From NCBI GenBank assembly GCA_036004405.1, contig DASYRM010000195.1:15250-79249 (forward strand): a stretch of DNA of 64,000 bases. Reading direction: 5' to 3'. This DNA is from Vicinamibacterales bacterium. GTDB lineage: Bacteria > Acidobacteriota > Vicinamibacteria > Vicinamibacterales > UBA2999. The notes beneath the pieces are model-generated. The model worked only from the letters and a program-made list of their open reading frames with translations. It did no database searches and had not been told where the DNA came from. A program made the position numbers and the translations under genes. Position 1 is the stretch's first letter. The number at the start of each line of letters is the position of its first letter. Of this stretch, positions 29,411 to 38,233 are shown one piece after another.

Positions 29411-30544
29411 GTGAATATCGGCATCATCTGTTACGCCTCGGTCGGCGGCAGCGGCATCGTCGCCACCGAGCTCGGCAAGGCGCTCGCGGTGCGCGGCCAC
29501 CGGGTGCACGTGATCAGCACCGAAACGCCGTTCCGGTTCGGCGACTACCAGGCCGGGCTGATGTTCCATCAGGTGCTGACGCCCACCTATCCGCTCTTCC
29601 GCGAGCCGCAGTACCTGCTGTCGATCGCCAACAAGGTGGTGGAGGTGGCGCGCGACTTCAGCCTCGACATCGTGCACGCCCACTACGCCGTGCCGCACGC
29701 CACCGCCGCGTTCCTGGCCAAGCAGGTGCTGGCGTCCAAGCTGGCGAACCGCGCGCCCCGGGTGGTCACGACGCTGCACGGCACCGACATCACGCTGGTC
29801 GGCAACGACCCGTCGTACTCGGAGATCGTCGCGTTCTCGATCGATCAGTCCGATCACGTCACCGCGGTGTCGAAGAGCCTGCGCGATTCGACCTACGCCG
29901 AGCTGAACGTGCAGAGCGAGATCGAGGTGATTCCGAACTTCCTCGACTGCGGCCTGCACAAGCGCCAGCACGTGCCGGCGCTGCGCGAGCGCTTCACGGA
30001 CGGCGACCCCAACGTGAAGATCGTCGCGCACATCTCCAACTTCCGGCCGGTGAAACACATCGACCACGTGGTGGCGGTGTTCGACCGCATCCGCCAGCGG
30101 CTGCCGGCCCGCCTGCTGCTGGTGGGCGACGGGCCCGAGCTGCCGGCGGCGCTGCGCACGGCGCGAGAGCTGGGGATTTCACCGCTCGTGCACGCGGTTG
30201 GCGCGCAGGAGGAAGTGCTGCCGCTGCTCTCGGTGAGCGATCTGTTCCTGCTGCCGTCGGCGGAGGAGAGCTTCGGCCTGGCGGCGCTCGAAGCGATGGC
30301 GTGCGGCGTGCCGGTGGTGGCCTCGCGCGTCGGCGGCGTGCCCGAGGTGATCGAGGACGGCAAGAGCGGGTTCCTGCACCCGTCGGGCGCGCTCGACGAA
30401 ATGGCCGCGAGCGCCGTAGCGGTGCTGTCGGACCCGGTGCGGCACAAGGCCACCGCCGAGGCCGCCCGCCGCCGCGTCACCGACGCGTTCTGCGCCGACA
30501 AGATCGTGCCGGTGTACGAAGCCGCCTATCGGCGGCTCTTGTAG
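29411..30544 (+). CDS. bshA: GlcNAc-malate synthase (GT4)
   Basis: IGIICYASVGGSGIVATELG, HAHYAVPHA, TTLHGTDITLVG, HISNFRPVK, ESFGLAALEAM. Confidence 0.94.
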   Translation: MNIGIICYASVGGSGIVATELGKALAVRGHRVHVISTETPFRFGDYQAGLMFHQVLTPTYPLFREPQYLLSIANKVVEVARDFSLDIVHAHYAVPHATAAFLAKQVLASKLANRAPRVVTTLHGTDITLVGNDPSYSEIVAFSIDQSDHVTAVSKSLRDSTYAELNVQSEIEVIPNFLDCGLHKRQHVPALRERFTDGDPNVKIVAHISNFRPVKHIDHVVAVFDRIRQRLPARLLLVGDGPELPAALRTARELGISPLVHAVGAQEEVLPLLSVSDLFLLPSAEESFGLAALEAMACGVPVVASRVGGVPEVIEDGKSGFLHPSGALDEMAASAVAVLSDPVRHKATAEAARRRVTDAFCADKIVPVYEAAYRRLL

Positions 30545-30595
30545 AGGCGGACCTCTCAGGTCCGCCTGCAGGCGCACCTGAAGGTCCGCCTCTAC
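30541..30595. repeat. Inverted REP doublet supplying both stop codons of a convergent gene pair
   Basis: GTAGAGGCGGACC-TCTCA-GGTCCGCC TGCA GGCGCACCTGAAGGTCCGCCTCTAC; TAG 30542-30544 and CTA 30592-30594 are the stops. Confidence 0.9.
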
Positions 30596-31149
30596 GAGGC
30601 GGTGCCAGACCCACCTGACCCGAATGGGACAAGCTTCTTGAACGTCGCCAGCACCCAGCGGTAGCCGTCAGGATCGGTGACCACCGCGGCGCGATCGCCC
30701 CAGGCGGTGTCTTCAGGGTCGCCCACGCCCGCGCCGGCCTCGCGGGCGCCGCTGAGCGCTCGATCGACGTCCTCGACATAGGTGTAGAGCGCGGCCGCGC
30801 CGCCGCCGGGAGCGGTGGCGTCGCCCCGGCGCGTCAGCATCACCACCGTGCCGCCGCGCTGCATTTCCGCATACCGCGGCTGCCCGTCGGGATCCAGCAG
30901 CACCACGCCAGGCACGAATCCGAGCGCGCGCTCCAGAAACGTCATCGAGGCGCGCACGTTGGCGACGGCCAGGAACGTGTTGACCGCCTGCATGCCGGGC
31001 GCCATGCCGCTCGATGACGGTTTCGTAACGGGCACGCGAGCGGCGGGGCGAACCGTGGGCCGCCGGGTCTTGGAGCGTCGTGCCTTTGGGCGTCGTGGCG
31101 CCGGCCGTTTACGCCGGACTGGTTTTGCCGTCTTCTTTCTCGTGGCCAT
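30592..31149 (-). CDS. VOC-family protein with Lys/Arg-rich N-terminal tail
   Basis: LYTYVEDVD, DTAWGDRAAVVTDPDGYRW; N-terminus MATRKKTAKPVRRKRPAPRRPKARRSK. Confidence 0.85.
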   Translation of the reverse strand: MATRKKTAKPVRRKRPAPRRPKARRSKTRRPTVRPAARVPVTKPSSSGMAPGMQAVNTFLAVANVRASMTFLERALGFVPGVVLLDPDGQPRYAEMQRGGTVVMLTRRGDATAPGGGAAALYTYVEDVDRALSGAREAGAGVGDPEDTAWGDRAAVVTDPDGYRWVLATFKKLVPFGSGGSGTAS

Positions 31150-31171
31150 GCGTGGGGGCGGCACTAGAATA

Positions 31172-31201
31172 CCCGCCTTCGCCCGGCTTCGGCGCGGCAA
31201 G
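31172..31201 (+). repeat. CTTCG-type short repeat (third family)
   Basis: CCCGCCTTCGCCCGGCTTCGGCGCGGCAAG, related to insert at 34012-34035. Confidence 0.55.
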
Positions 31202-31244
31202 TCCGGTGAAGAAGGCGTATGATCTCCGCCCCAGGGAAGCAGCC

Positions 31245-32699
31245 ATGGCAGTGAATCACGAGCACCTCGGACACCTGCTGCGCCGCGCCGGCTTCGGCGC
31301 CAGCGCCTCCGAGCTCAGCGCCCTCGACGGGATGTCCACCTTCGAGGCGCTTGCCTACGTGATGAACGTGGACGATCAGCCCGACGACGTGGACAGCAAG
31401 ATCGGGAGCCCCGACTACATCAACGTCACCGCGCGCGGTCCGTTCTCGCCGAACTCGAACATCGAAGACGCGCGGCAGCGCTGGCTGTTCCGCATGGTCC
31501 ACTCGCGCCGTCCGCTGCAAGAGAAGATGGCGCTCTTCTGGCACAACCACTTCGCCACCGCGTACAGCAAGGTGGCGGGGACCTTTGGCGCCATCCAGGG
31601 CACCAAGATGATGGCGCTCAAGGAGGGCGAGCTGCCAGGGCCGCAGGGGCAGATCGAGACGTTCCGCGAGAAGGGGCTCGGCAGCTTCCGCGATCTGCTG
31701 GTGGCCGTGGCCCAGGATCCGGCGATGCTCGTCTGGCTCGACGGCCGCACCAACACGCGGCAGCGCCCGCAGGAGAATTTCGGCCGCGAGATCATGGAGC
31801 TCTTCACGCTCGGTGTCGGCCACTACGTCGAAGAGGACGTGTACGCCGCGGCGCGCGTGTTCACCGGGTGGAACCTGCGCCTGGTGGGCGACCCCAACAC
31901 GACCGCCGGCTACTACGACTTCGCCTACATCCCGGGCAACCACGACCCGACCGCCAAAACCTTCACCTTCCCGATCTATCGCGACGGCTCCACCACGATT
32001 CCGGCGCGCGCCGCGAGCGGCGGCATGCAGGATGGCATCGACTTCATCACCGCGCTCGCCACCCACCCGGCCACCGCGGAACGGCTGGCGCGGAAGATGT
32101 GGGGCTTCTTCGTCAGCGAGGACATTCCGCCCGACCCGGAGTACCTGCGCGGCGCCACCGGCATCTATCTGGGGAACGACACGCGCATCAAGCCGCTCGT
32201 GCAGTACACGCTGCAGTCGCGCTGGTTCCAGAATCCCGGCAACTGGCATTCGCGCCACGCGTGGCCGGTGGAGTACGCCGTCCGCGCCGTGAAGGAGGTC
32301 GGCTTCCTCGGCTTCTCGGTGGACAACATGCGGGCGCCGCTCATCGCCATGGGGCAGACGCTCTTCGAGCCGCCCGACGTGGCGGGGTGGGAGCTGGGCA
32401 AGGGCTGGTTCTCCACCGGCGCGATGCTCGCGCGCATGAACTTCGCCGCGACGATCGCCGCGAACCAGCGCTTCAATCTGGCCGCGGCCGCCGCGAGCGC
32501 CAAGGATTCGCCGGACAGCTTCGTGGAGTTCTTCCTGGACCGCCTGTCGCCCGCGCCGTTCGATTCCGAGCCGCTCGACGCGCTCAAGGCGTATGTCGTG
32601 GACGGCGGCGCCTGGAACGGATCGACGGCGCAGCTGCAGACGAAGGGCGCCGGTCTGACCCGGCTCATCGTCGGCTCGGCCGAATACCAGTTGATGTAG
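31245..32699 (+). CDS. DUF1800 family protein
   Basis: HLLRRAGFG, PLQEKMALFWHNHF, DPAMLVWLDG, ENFGREIMELFTLG, AARVFTGW, MGQ.LF.PPDVAGW. Confidence 0.92.
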   Translation: MAVNHEHLGHLLRRAGFGASASELSALDGMSTFEALAYVMNVDDQPDDVDSKIGSPDYINVTARGPFSPNSNIEDARQRWLFRMVHSRRPLQEKMALFWHNHFATAYSKVAGTFGAIQGTKMMALKEGELPGPQGQIETFREKGLGSFRDLLVAVAQDPAMLVWLDGRTNTRQRPQENFGREIMELFTLGVGHYVEEDVYAAARVFTGWNLRLVGDPNTTAGYYDFAYIPGNHDPTAKTFTFPIYRDGSTTIPARAASGGMQDGIDFITALATHPATAERLARKMWGFFVSEDIPPDPEYLRGATGIYLGNDTRIKPLVQYTLQSRWFQNPGNWHSRHAWPVEYAVRAVKEVGFLGFSVDNMRAPLIAMGQTLFEPPDVAGWELGKGWFSTGAMLARMNFAATIAANQRFNLAAAAASAKDSPDSFVEFFLDRLSPAPFDSEPLDALKAYVVDGGAWNGSTAQLQTKGAGLTRLIVGSAEYQLM

Positions 32700-32712
32700 G
32701 GGGCGCGCTCAC

Positions 32713-33981
32713 ATGGCCACTTCGCCTCGCGTCTCGCGCCGCACCTTCATCCGTGGCGGTGTGTCGGCGTTCACCCTCACCTTTGCGGCGCCGTCGTTCC
32801 TGTCGGACATCGCCCGCGCCCAGGGCGCGGCGGCGCGCAACCTCGTCGTGGTCTATCTGAGCGGCGGCAACGATGCGCTCAGCACGGTGGTCCCGTACCA
32901 GGATCCGTTCTATTACAGCCGCCGGCCGACGATTGCCGTGCCGCAGGGGCAGGTGCTGCAGATCGGCGCCGACACAACCGGCCGCGGGCTCGGCTTCCAT
33001 CCGCGGCTGACCGGGCTGCGCGAGATCTTCAACGCCGGACGCCTGGCGGTAATCCAGCGCACCGGCTACGCCAACTCGAGCCGGTCGCACTTCCAGGGCT
33101 ACGACATCTGGGGCACCGCCGATCCCGCGCTCAAGGTCAGCGACGGCTGGCTGGGGCGCTACCTCGAGACGCTGCCGCAGGATGCGCTCCTGGGATGGTC
33201 GGCCACGCAGGAGCTGCCGCGCGCGCTGTCGTCGCGCGACGTCAGCGTGCCGGCGATTCCCAACGTCGCGACCTACGCGTTTGCCAGCCCCAACGTCGGT
33301 GTGGAGGCCACGCGAGAGCGGGCCGCCGCCACGGCCCTGGCGTCGCATCTGCCCGACGAGCGGCCGCAGCTGGCGTTCGTGAACCGCAGTGCGCAAGGCG
33401 CGTTTGCCACGCTCGATCGGGTGGCGTCTGTCGCGACCTACGCCGGCAGCGTGGCCTATCCCAATAACGGCTTTGCACTGGCGCTGCGCACCGTGGCCGG
33501 CGCCATGGTCCGCGGCGTGGGCACGCGGGTGTTCTGGGTGCAGACCGGCGGCTACGACACGCACTCCGGGCAGGGCGCGGCCGGCGGCGGCGCCTATTCC
33601 AATTTGATGGGCACGTTCGGCGACGGCCTGTTGGCGTTCTACAACGACCTGCGCAACCAGGGGCTGCTGAACGACACGCTGATACTCCAGTTCTCGGAGT
33701 TCGGCCGCCGCATCAGCGAGAACGGCAGCGGCGGCACCGACCATGGCGCCGGGGCCGTCATGATGGCCATCGGCGGCGCCGTGCGCGGCGGCATCTACGG
33801 CACCGCGGCCTCGCTCGACCCCAACCCCTCGAACCCGACGCTGGAGAACAGCGGCGGCGACGTGAAGTACGAGACCGACTTCCGGTCGGTCTACGCCCGG
33901 GTGCTCGACGGCTGGCTCGGCGCCAACTCGGCCAGCGTCCTCGGCGGCGACTTCCGCAGCGGCGCCCCACCCATCGTATGA
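32713..33981 (+). CDS. DUF1501 family protein with Tat signal
   Basis: SRRTFI, LSGGND, SRSHF, GGYDTH, FSEFGRR..ENGSGGTDHG, DFRSVYA. Confidence 0.92.
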   Translation: MATSPRVSRRTFIRGGVSAFTLTFAAPSFLSDIARAQGAAARNLVVVYLSGGNDALSTVVPYQDPFYYSRRPTIAVPQGQVLQIGADTTGRGLGFHPRLTGLREIFNAGRLAVIQRTGYANSSRSHFQGYDIWGTADPALKVSDGWLGRYLETLPQDALLGWSATQELPRALSSRDVSVPAIPNVATYAFASPNVGVEATRERAAATALASHLPDERPQLAFVNRSAQGAFATLDRVASVATYAGSVAYPNNGFALALRTVAGAMVRGVGTRVFWVQTGGYDTHSGQGAAGGGAYSNLMGTFGDGLLAFYNDLRNQGLLNDTLILQFSEFGRRISENGSGGTDHGAGAVMMAIGGAVRGGIYGTAASLDPNPSNPTLENSGGDVKYETDFRSVYARVLDGWLGANSASVLGGDFRSGAPPIV

Positions 33982-33996
33982 ATCTGGCGCATCTTC

Positions 33997-34046
33997 GTAG
34001 AGGCGGACCTTCCGTCTTCGCCAAGGCTCCGGCGGAAGGTCCGCCT
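33997..34046 (+). repeat. GTAG REP with another repeat nested in its loop
   Basis: GTAGAGGCGGACCTT[CCGTCTTCGCCAAGGCTCCGGCGG]AAGGTCCGCCT. Confidence 0.78.
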
Positions 34047-34061
34047 GAACTCCGCCTGGCA

Positions 34062-34087
34062 CCATCCAGATGGCCCCGCCGCCCGTA
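34062..34087 (+). promoter_or_regulatory. SigK-type ECF autoregulatory promoter
   Basis: CCATCC-N15-CCGTA just upstream of a SigK-like gene (mycobacterial SigK consensus CCATCC-N15-CCGAA). Confidence 0.58.
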
Positions 34088-34101
34088 GATCGTCTTGGAC
34101 C

Positions 34102-34719
34102 ATGGTGATCTGGCTGTTTGCGGCCGTCGTCGGCTTTCCGGGGCGGTCGTCGGAATCGCAGGCTGAAGATCAGCGGTCGCTGCAGCGCGCCGCCGCCGGC
34201 GACTCGGGTGGCCTGGGGGCGCTCTACGACCGGCACGGCCGGGCGGTGTATTCGCTCGCGCTTCGTATCCTGGGCGACGAGGGCGACGCGGAAGAAGTGT
34301 CGCAGGACGTGTTCGCGCAGGCGTGGCGCCGCGCCAGCCAGTACGACGAGTCGCGGGGCACGGTGGCGGCCTGGCTCCTGGTGATGGCGCGCACCCGCGC
34401 CATCGACCGCTTCCGCGCCCGCCGGGTACGGCCGGAAGGACGCGTGCAGGACGACGACGGCCTCACGCTGCAGCAGCTCCCGTCGACGAGCCCCGATGTG
34501 GCCTCGCAGATGATGGCGGCCGAGCGCGGACAGCGCGTGCGCCGGGCGCTCGACGAGCTGCCGTTCCTGCAGCGGGTGGCCATCGAGCTGGCCTACTTCG
34601 AAGGCCTCAGCCAGCGTGAGATCGCCGAGCGGCTGGAGCAGCCGCTGGGTACCGTGAAGACCCGGATGCGGCTCGGGCTGTTGAAGCTTCGCGACGCGCT
34701 CGTGGAGGTGCAGCCGTGA
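34102..34719 (+). CDS. ECF sigma factor, SigK-like
   Basis: LYDRHGRAVYSLALRIL, YDESRGTVAAWL, LAYFEGLSQREIA, PLGTVKTRMRLGL. Confidence 0.92.
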   Translation: MVIWLFAAVVGFPGRSSESQAEDQRSLQRAAAGDSGGLGALYDRHGRAVYSLALRILGDEGDAEEVSQDVFAQAWRRASQYDESRGTVAAWLLVMARTRAIDRFRARRVRPEGRVQDDDGLTLQQLPSTSPDVASQMMAAERGQRVRRALDELPFLQRVAIELAYFEGLSQREIAERLEQPLGTVKTRMRLGLLKLRDALVEVQP

Positions 34720-35561
34720 ACGCGGCCCACGACGAGCTGAAGCACGACGCCGCGGCCTACGCGCTGGGCGTGCTGGAGCCGGCCGAGCGCGCGGCGTTCG
34801 AAGCGCACCTGTCGTCGTGTGCCGAGTGCGCGGCCGAGGTGCGCCAGATGCGGCTGGCGGCGAGCGCGCTGCCGTACACCGTGCCGCAGGTGTCGCCACC
34901 GCCGTCGCTGCGCGCGCGCATTCTGGACCAGGCCGTCCGTGGGGTCGGGCCTTCAGACCCGGCCGACAGAAAGGCCGGGCCTGGCGTGGCAACCGTAGCC
35001 GTCGTACGCGAACGCCGCGGGCCGCCGGCCTGGCTGCAGATTGCTGCGATGCTCGTCGTCGGCGCCGGCGTGTTCCTCTACGCGCAGCGGATGCAGGCGC
35101 GCGTGTCGAACCTCGAGGCGCAGCTCGCGCAGGCGCAGGCGCAGGTCGCCACCTCCGATCGACTGACCGCGGAGGCGCGCACGGTGGCCCTCCGCGCGCA
35201 GTCGGCGATGGGCGTGTTTGCCGCGCCGGACGTGGCCCGTATCGATCTTGCGGGGCAACCCGCGGCCGTGAGCGCCCGGGCGCGCGCGCTGTGGAGCCGC
35301 CAGCGCGGGATGGTGTTCACGGCGACGAATCTGCCGGCGCTGCCGGCCGGCCGCGTGTATCAGGTGTGGGTGGTCACGGCGCAGGCGCCCGTGAGCGCGG
35401 GGCTGCTGACGCCTGACGCGTCCGGCGGCGGGTCCGTGTACTTCGAGACGCCGGTGGACATCCTGCCGCCGGTCGCCGTGGCCGTCACGCTCGAACCCGC
35501 CGGCGGCGTGCCCGCGCCCACCGGCGCGATGTATCTGGTCGGCAAGCCCTCGCCGCTGTAA
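34716..35561 (+). CDS. RskA-like anti-sigma factor
   Basis: AAYALGVLE, HLSSCAEC (HxxxCxxC), TM, YQVWVV, VAVTLEPAGG..PTG. Confidence 0.9.
   Translation: MNAAHDELKHDAAAYALGVLEPAERAAFEAHLSSCAECAAEVRQMRLAASALPYTVPQVSPPPSLRARILDQAVRGVGPSDPADRKAGPGVATVAVVRERRGPPAWLQIAAMLVVGAGVFLYAQRMQARVSNLEAQLAQAQAQVATSDRLTAEARTVALRAQSAMGVFAAPDVARIDLAGQPAAVSARARALWSRQRGMVFTATNLPALPAGRVYQVWVVTAQAPVSAGLLTPDASGGGSVYFETPVDILPPVAVAVTLEPAGGVPAPTGAMYLVGKPSPL
34939..34964 (+). repeat. Degenerate REP in anti-sigma linker
   Basis: GTGGGGTCGGGCC-TTCA-GACCCGGCC, translated RGVGPSDPA. Confidence 0.5.
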
Positions 35562-35562
35562 C

Positions 35563-35630
35563 GCAGCGGAGAAGGCGGAGAAGGGAAGAGTTTTAATCTC
35601 TGCCCTCTCTGCCCTCTCTGCCCTCTCCGC
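35563..35630. repeat. Inverted pair of nonamer tandem repeats
   Basis: (GCGGAGAAG)x2 ... (CTCTGCCCT)x3 CTCCGC; encodes the GEGREGREGRD tail of the minus-strand gene. Confidence 0.78.
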
Positions 35631-36519
35631 CATAGATCTCGGCGAGCGCTTGGTCCAGGCGCGCGTACCGAAACTCGAAGCCGCGGCTCTGCGCGACGCG
35701 CGGCAGCACACGCTGGCCGTTCAGCACCATCGCCTCGGCCATCTCGCCGAGCGCGAGCCGCAGCGCGAAGGCAGGCGCGGGCATGAACGACGGGCGGTGC
35801 AGTGCACGGCCGATTGCCGTTGCCATCTCCCGATTGGTTACCGGCGCTGGCGCCGTGAGGTTCACCGGCCCGCGCAGGTCGGGGCTCGCGAGTGCCCAGC
35901 GCACCATCGCGATCCAGTCGTCGCGATGGATCCACGACATCACCTGCCGGCCCGATCCCAGCGGTCCGCCGGCGAAGAAATGAAAGGGCAGCGCCAGCTG
36001 CTGCAGCGCGCCGCCGCCTCTGGCCAGCACCAGCCCGGTCCGCAGCAGCACCACGCGCGCGATGTCGCCGGCCTCGAGCGCCTCGCCCTCCCATTCGCGG
36101 CAGACCGTCGCCAGAAAGTCGGTGCCGACCGCTGAGGACTCGTCGAGCGGTTCGTCTCCGCGCGTGCCGTAGTAGCCGATGGCCGATCCGCTGAGAAGCG
36201 TCGTGCCCGCGGCTGCAGCTGCCCGCAGCGCCGCCGCCACGGCGCTCGTGGCCTCGAGACGGCTGGCCAGGATGGCGCGCCTGCGGGCCGCCGTCCACCG
36301 CCCCTCGGCGATCGGCTCGCCAGCCAGGTTGACCACGGCTCCGGCGCCCTCGAACGATCGCGCCCACACGTCGAGGCTCGAGGCTGGAGCCCACTGCACC
36401 TCGCCTGGCGCGCGGGCCGGCCTGCGCGTGAGCACGACGACATCGTGGCCGTCGTGTCGAAGCGCCTTCACCAGCGGCGCCCCGAGGAACCCCGTTCCGC
36501 CTGTGACAACGACTTTCAT
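35593..36519 (-). CDS. TIGR01777 family NAD-dependent epimerase/oxidoreductase
   Basis: TGGTGFLG, VNLAGEPI..RW, SAIGYYG, LRTGLVL, GGPLGSGRQVMSWIH. Confidence 0.92.
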   Translation of the reverse strand: MKVVVTGGTGFLGAPLVKALRHDGHDVVVLTRRPARAPGEVQWAPASSLDVWARSFEGAGAVVNLAGEPIAEGRWTAARRRAILASRLEATSAVAAALRAAAAAGTTLLSGSAIGYYGTRGDEPLDESSAVGTDFLATVCREWEGEALEAGDIARVVLLRTGLVLARGGGALQQLALPFHFFAGGPLGSGRQVMSWIHRDDWIAMVRWALASPDLRGPVNLTAPAPVTNREMATAIGRALHRPSFMPAPAFALRLALGEMAEAMVLNGQRVLPRVAQSRGFEFRYARLDQALAEIYGGEGREGREGRD

Positions 36520-36543
36520 GGCAATAAGTTAGCCCAATGCCCA

Positions 36544-36588
36544 TTGACTTTCAGTCCAGATCAATCTATTAACTAACTAGTTGGTTAA
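36544..36588 (+). promoter_or_regulatory. Sigma70 promoter overlapped by TetR operator
   Basis: TTGACT-N17-TATTAA; near-perfect palindrome TTAACTAACTAGTTGGTTAA at 36569-36588 just before tetR ATG. Confidence 0.75.
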
Positions 36589-36590
36589 CG

Positions 36591-37229
36591 ATGAGCCGGA
36601 TCAAGCGTCCATCGAGTGAGGCGTCGCACGCGGCCATCTTCAAGGCGGCGGCCGAGGAGTTTTCCGAGCGGGGATTCGAGGCCGGGGGCGTGGACCGCAT
36701 CGCCGCCAAGGCGCGTGTCAACAAGGCGATGCTCTACTACCACTTCGGGAGCAAGCGCGCCCTCTATATCGAGGTGCTGCGAGACATGTTCCGCGCCGTC
36801 AGCGCGCGGGCGCGCGCCATCGCCGACGGTCCGGGCACGGCGCCGGAGAAGCTCGAACGCTGGGTGGCCACGATCATCCAGGAGGCTGCGGCCAGGCCCT
36901 GGTTCCCCCCCATCATGCTGCGCGAGCTGGCGTCGGGCGCGCCGCGGTTCGACCCCGACACCTTCGCGCTGATGAACGCCGTCTACGGCGCCGTGCGCGA
37001 CATCCTGCTCCAGGGGCAGCGCGAGGGCAGCTTCGGCGATCTCGATCCGCTGCTCACGCACCTCACGATCATGCCGCCCATCCTGATCTTCTTCGCGCGG
37101 CAGCGCGTGCTCGCCACCAAAGAGGTGTCGTCCGGGCTCCTCGAGCCGCGGCAGATCGACGCCTTCGTCGTCCACATGCAGCGCACCGCCCTGCGCCTGG
37201 TTCAGAAGGAAGGACCCCGTCCGTCATGA
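36591..37229 (+). CDS. TetR/AcrR-family regulator
   Basis: IFKAAAEEFSERGF, VDRIAAKARVNKAMLYYHFGSKRALY. Confidence 0.93.
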   Translation: MSRIKRPSSEASHAAIFKAAAEEFSERGFEAGGVDRIAAKARVNKAMLYYHFGSKRALYIEVLRDMFRAVSARARAIADGPGTAPEKLERWVATIIQEAAARPWFPPIMLRELASGAPRFDPDTFALMNAVYGAVRDILLQGQREGSFGDLDPLLTHLTIMPPILIFFARQRVLATKEVSSGLLEPRQIDAFVVHMQRTALRLVQKEGPRPS

Positions 37230-38233
37230 GCACCTTCTCTCGTTTCGCCCTGGTGCTGTCTGCCGCCGGCGTGGCGGCCGCCTGCACCCAGCCGCCGCCA
37301 TCGAACGCACTGACCGCCTCGGGCAACGTCGAAGCCACCGAAGTGCAGGTGGGCCCCGAGGTCGGCGGGCGTCTCGTCGAGCTGCGCGTCGCCGAAGGCG
37401 ATCGGGTCAAGGCCGGCGACGTGATCGCGACGCTCGACACCAGCGATACCGAGCTGCAGATCGGGCGCGCCCGTGCCGAGCGGGCGGCGGCAGCCGCGCA
37501 GCTGCACCTTTTCGAGGCTGGCGCCCGTGCCGAAGACGTGCGGCAGGCCGAGGCGCAGGTGGACGCGACCACCAGCGAGATTGCCGCGATCGACGTGGAG
37601 ATCAAGAACGCGCAGACCGATCTCGATCGCTTCGAAGCGCTCCTCAGCGCGAACGCCGGCTCGCAGAAGCAGCGCGACGACGCCCGGGCCCGCGTCGATC
37701 TGGCGCGCGAACGCCGGCGCGCTGCCGAGGAGCGCGTGCGCGTGTCGCGCAGGGCGCTCGACCGGGTTCGCGCCGGCGCGCGAAAGGAGGAGCTCGAAGG
37801 CGCGCGGGCGCGCGTGGCCACGGTGGACGCGCAGCTTGCGGTGCTCGAAAAAGGGTTGCGCGACGCACAGGTGACGGCGCCGACCGGCGGCGTGGTGACG
37901 CAGAAGCTGGTGGACGCCGGAGAAATCGTCGCCCCGCGCGTGCCGATCGTCGTCGTCACCGACCTCGATCACGCCTGGGCCAACGTGTTCGTGCCCGAGC
38001 CGATGGTGCCACGAATCAAGCTCGGTCAGGCGGCCACGGTACGCACCGACGCCGGCGACCGCGTGCCAGGCAAGGTCACCTTCGTCTCGCGCCGGGCGGA
38101 ATTCACGCCGCGCAACGTTCAGACCGCCGACGAGCGCTCGAAGCTGGTCTACCGCGTGAAGGTGACCGTGGACAACGCCGCCGGCGTGCTGAAGCAGGGC
38201 ATGCCGGTGGATGCGGACTTCGTCCTGCCATGA
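37226..38233 (+). CDS. HlyD-family periplasmic adaptor (YbhG-like lipoprotein)
   Basis: AAAC lipobox, SGNVEATEV, EGDRVKAGD, AEFTPRNVQT.DER.KLVYRVKV. Confidence 0.9.
   Translation: MSTFSRFALVLSAAGVAAACTQPPPSNALTASGNVEATEVQVGPEVGGRLVELRVAEGDRVKAGDVIATLDTSDTELQIGRARAERAAAAAQLHLFEAGARAEDVRQAEAQVDATTSEIAAIDVEIKNAQTDLDRFEALLSANAGSQKQRDDARARVDLARERRRAAEERVRVSRRALDRVRAGARKEELEGARARVATVDAQLAVLEKGLRDAQVTAPTGGVVTQKLVDAGEIVAPRVPIVVVTDLDHAWANVFVPEPMVPRIKLGQAATVRTDAGDRVPGKVTFVSRRAEFTPRNVQTADERSKLVYRVKVTVDNAAGVLKQGMPVDADFVLP

Noticed and set aside
30541..30566. UAG + hairpin as a pyrrolysine/SECIS-like recoding signal
   Set aside because: The proteins are complete at the UAG, there is no pyl/sel machinery in the window, and the same hairpins occur away from stops
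32696..32710. GTAGGGGGCGC at the DUF1800 stop as a REP
   Set aside because: No stem-loop follows; more likely the RBS region of the next gene
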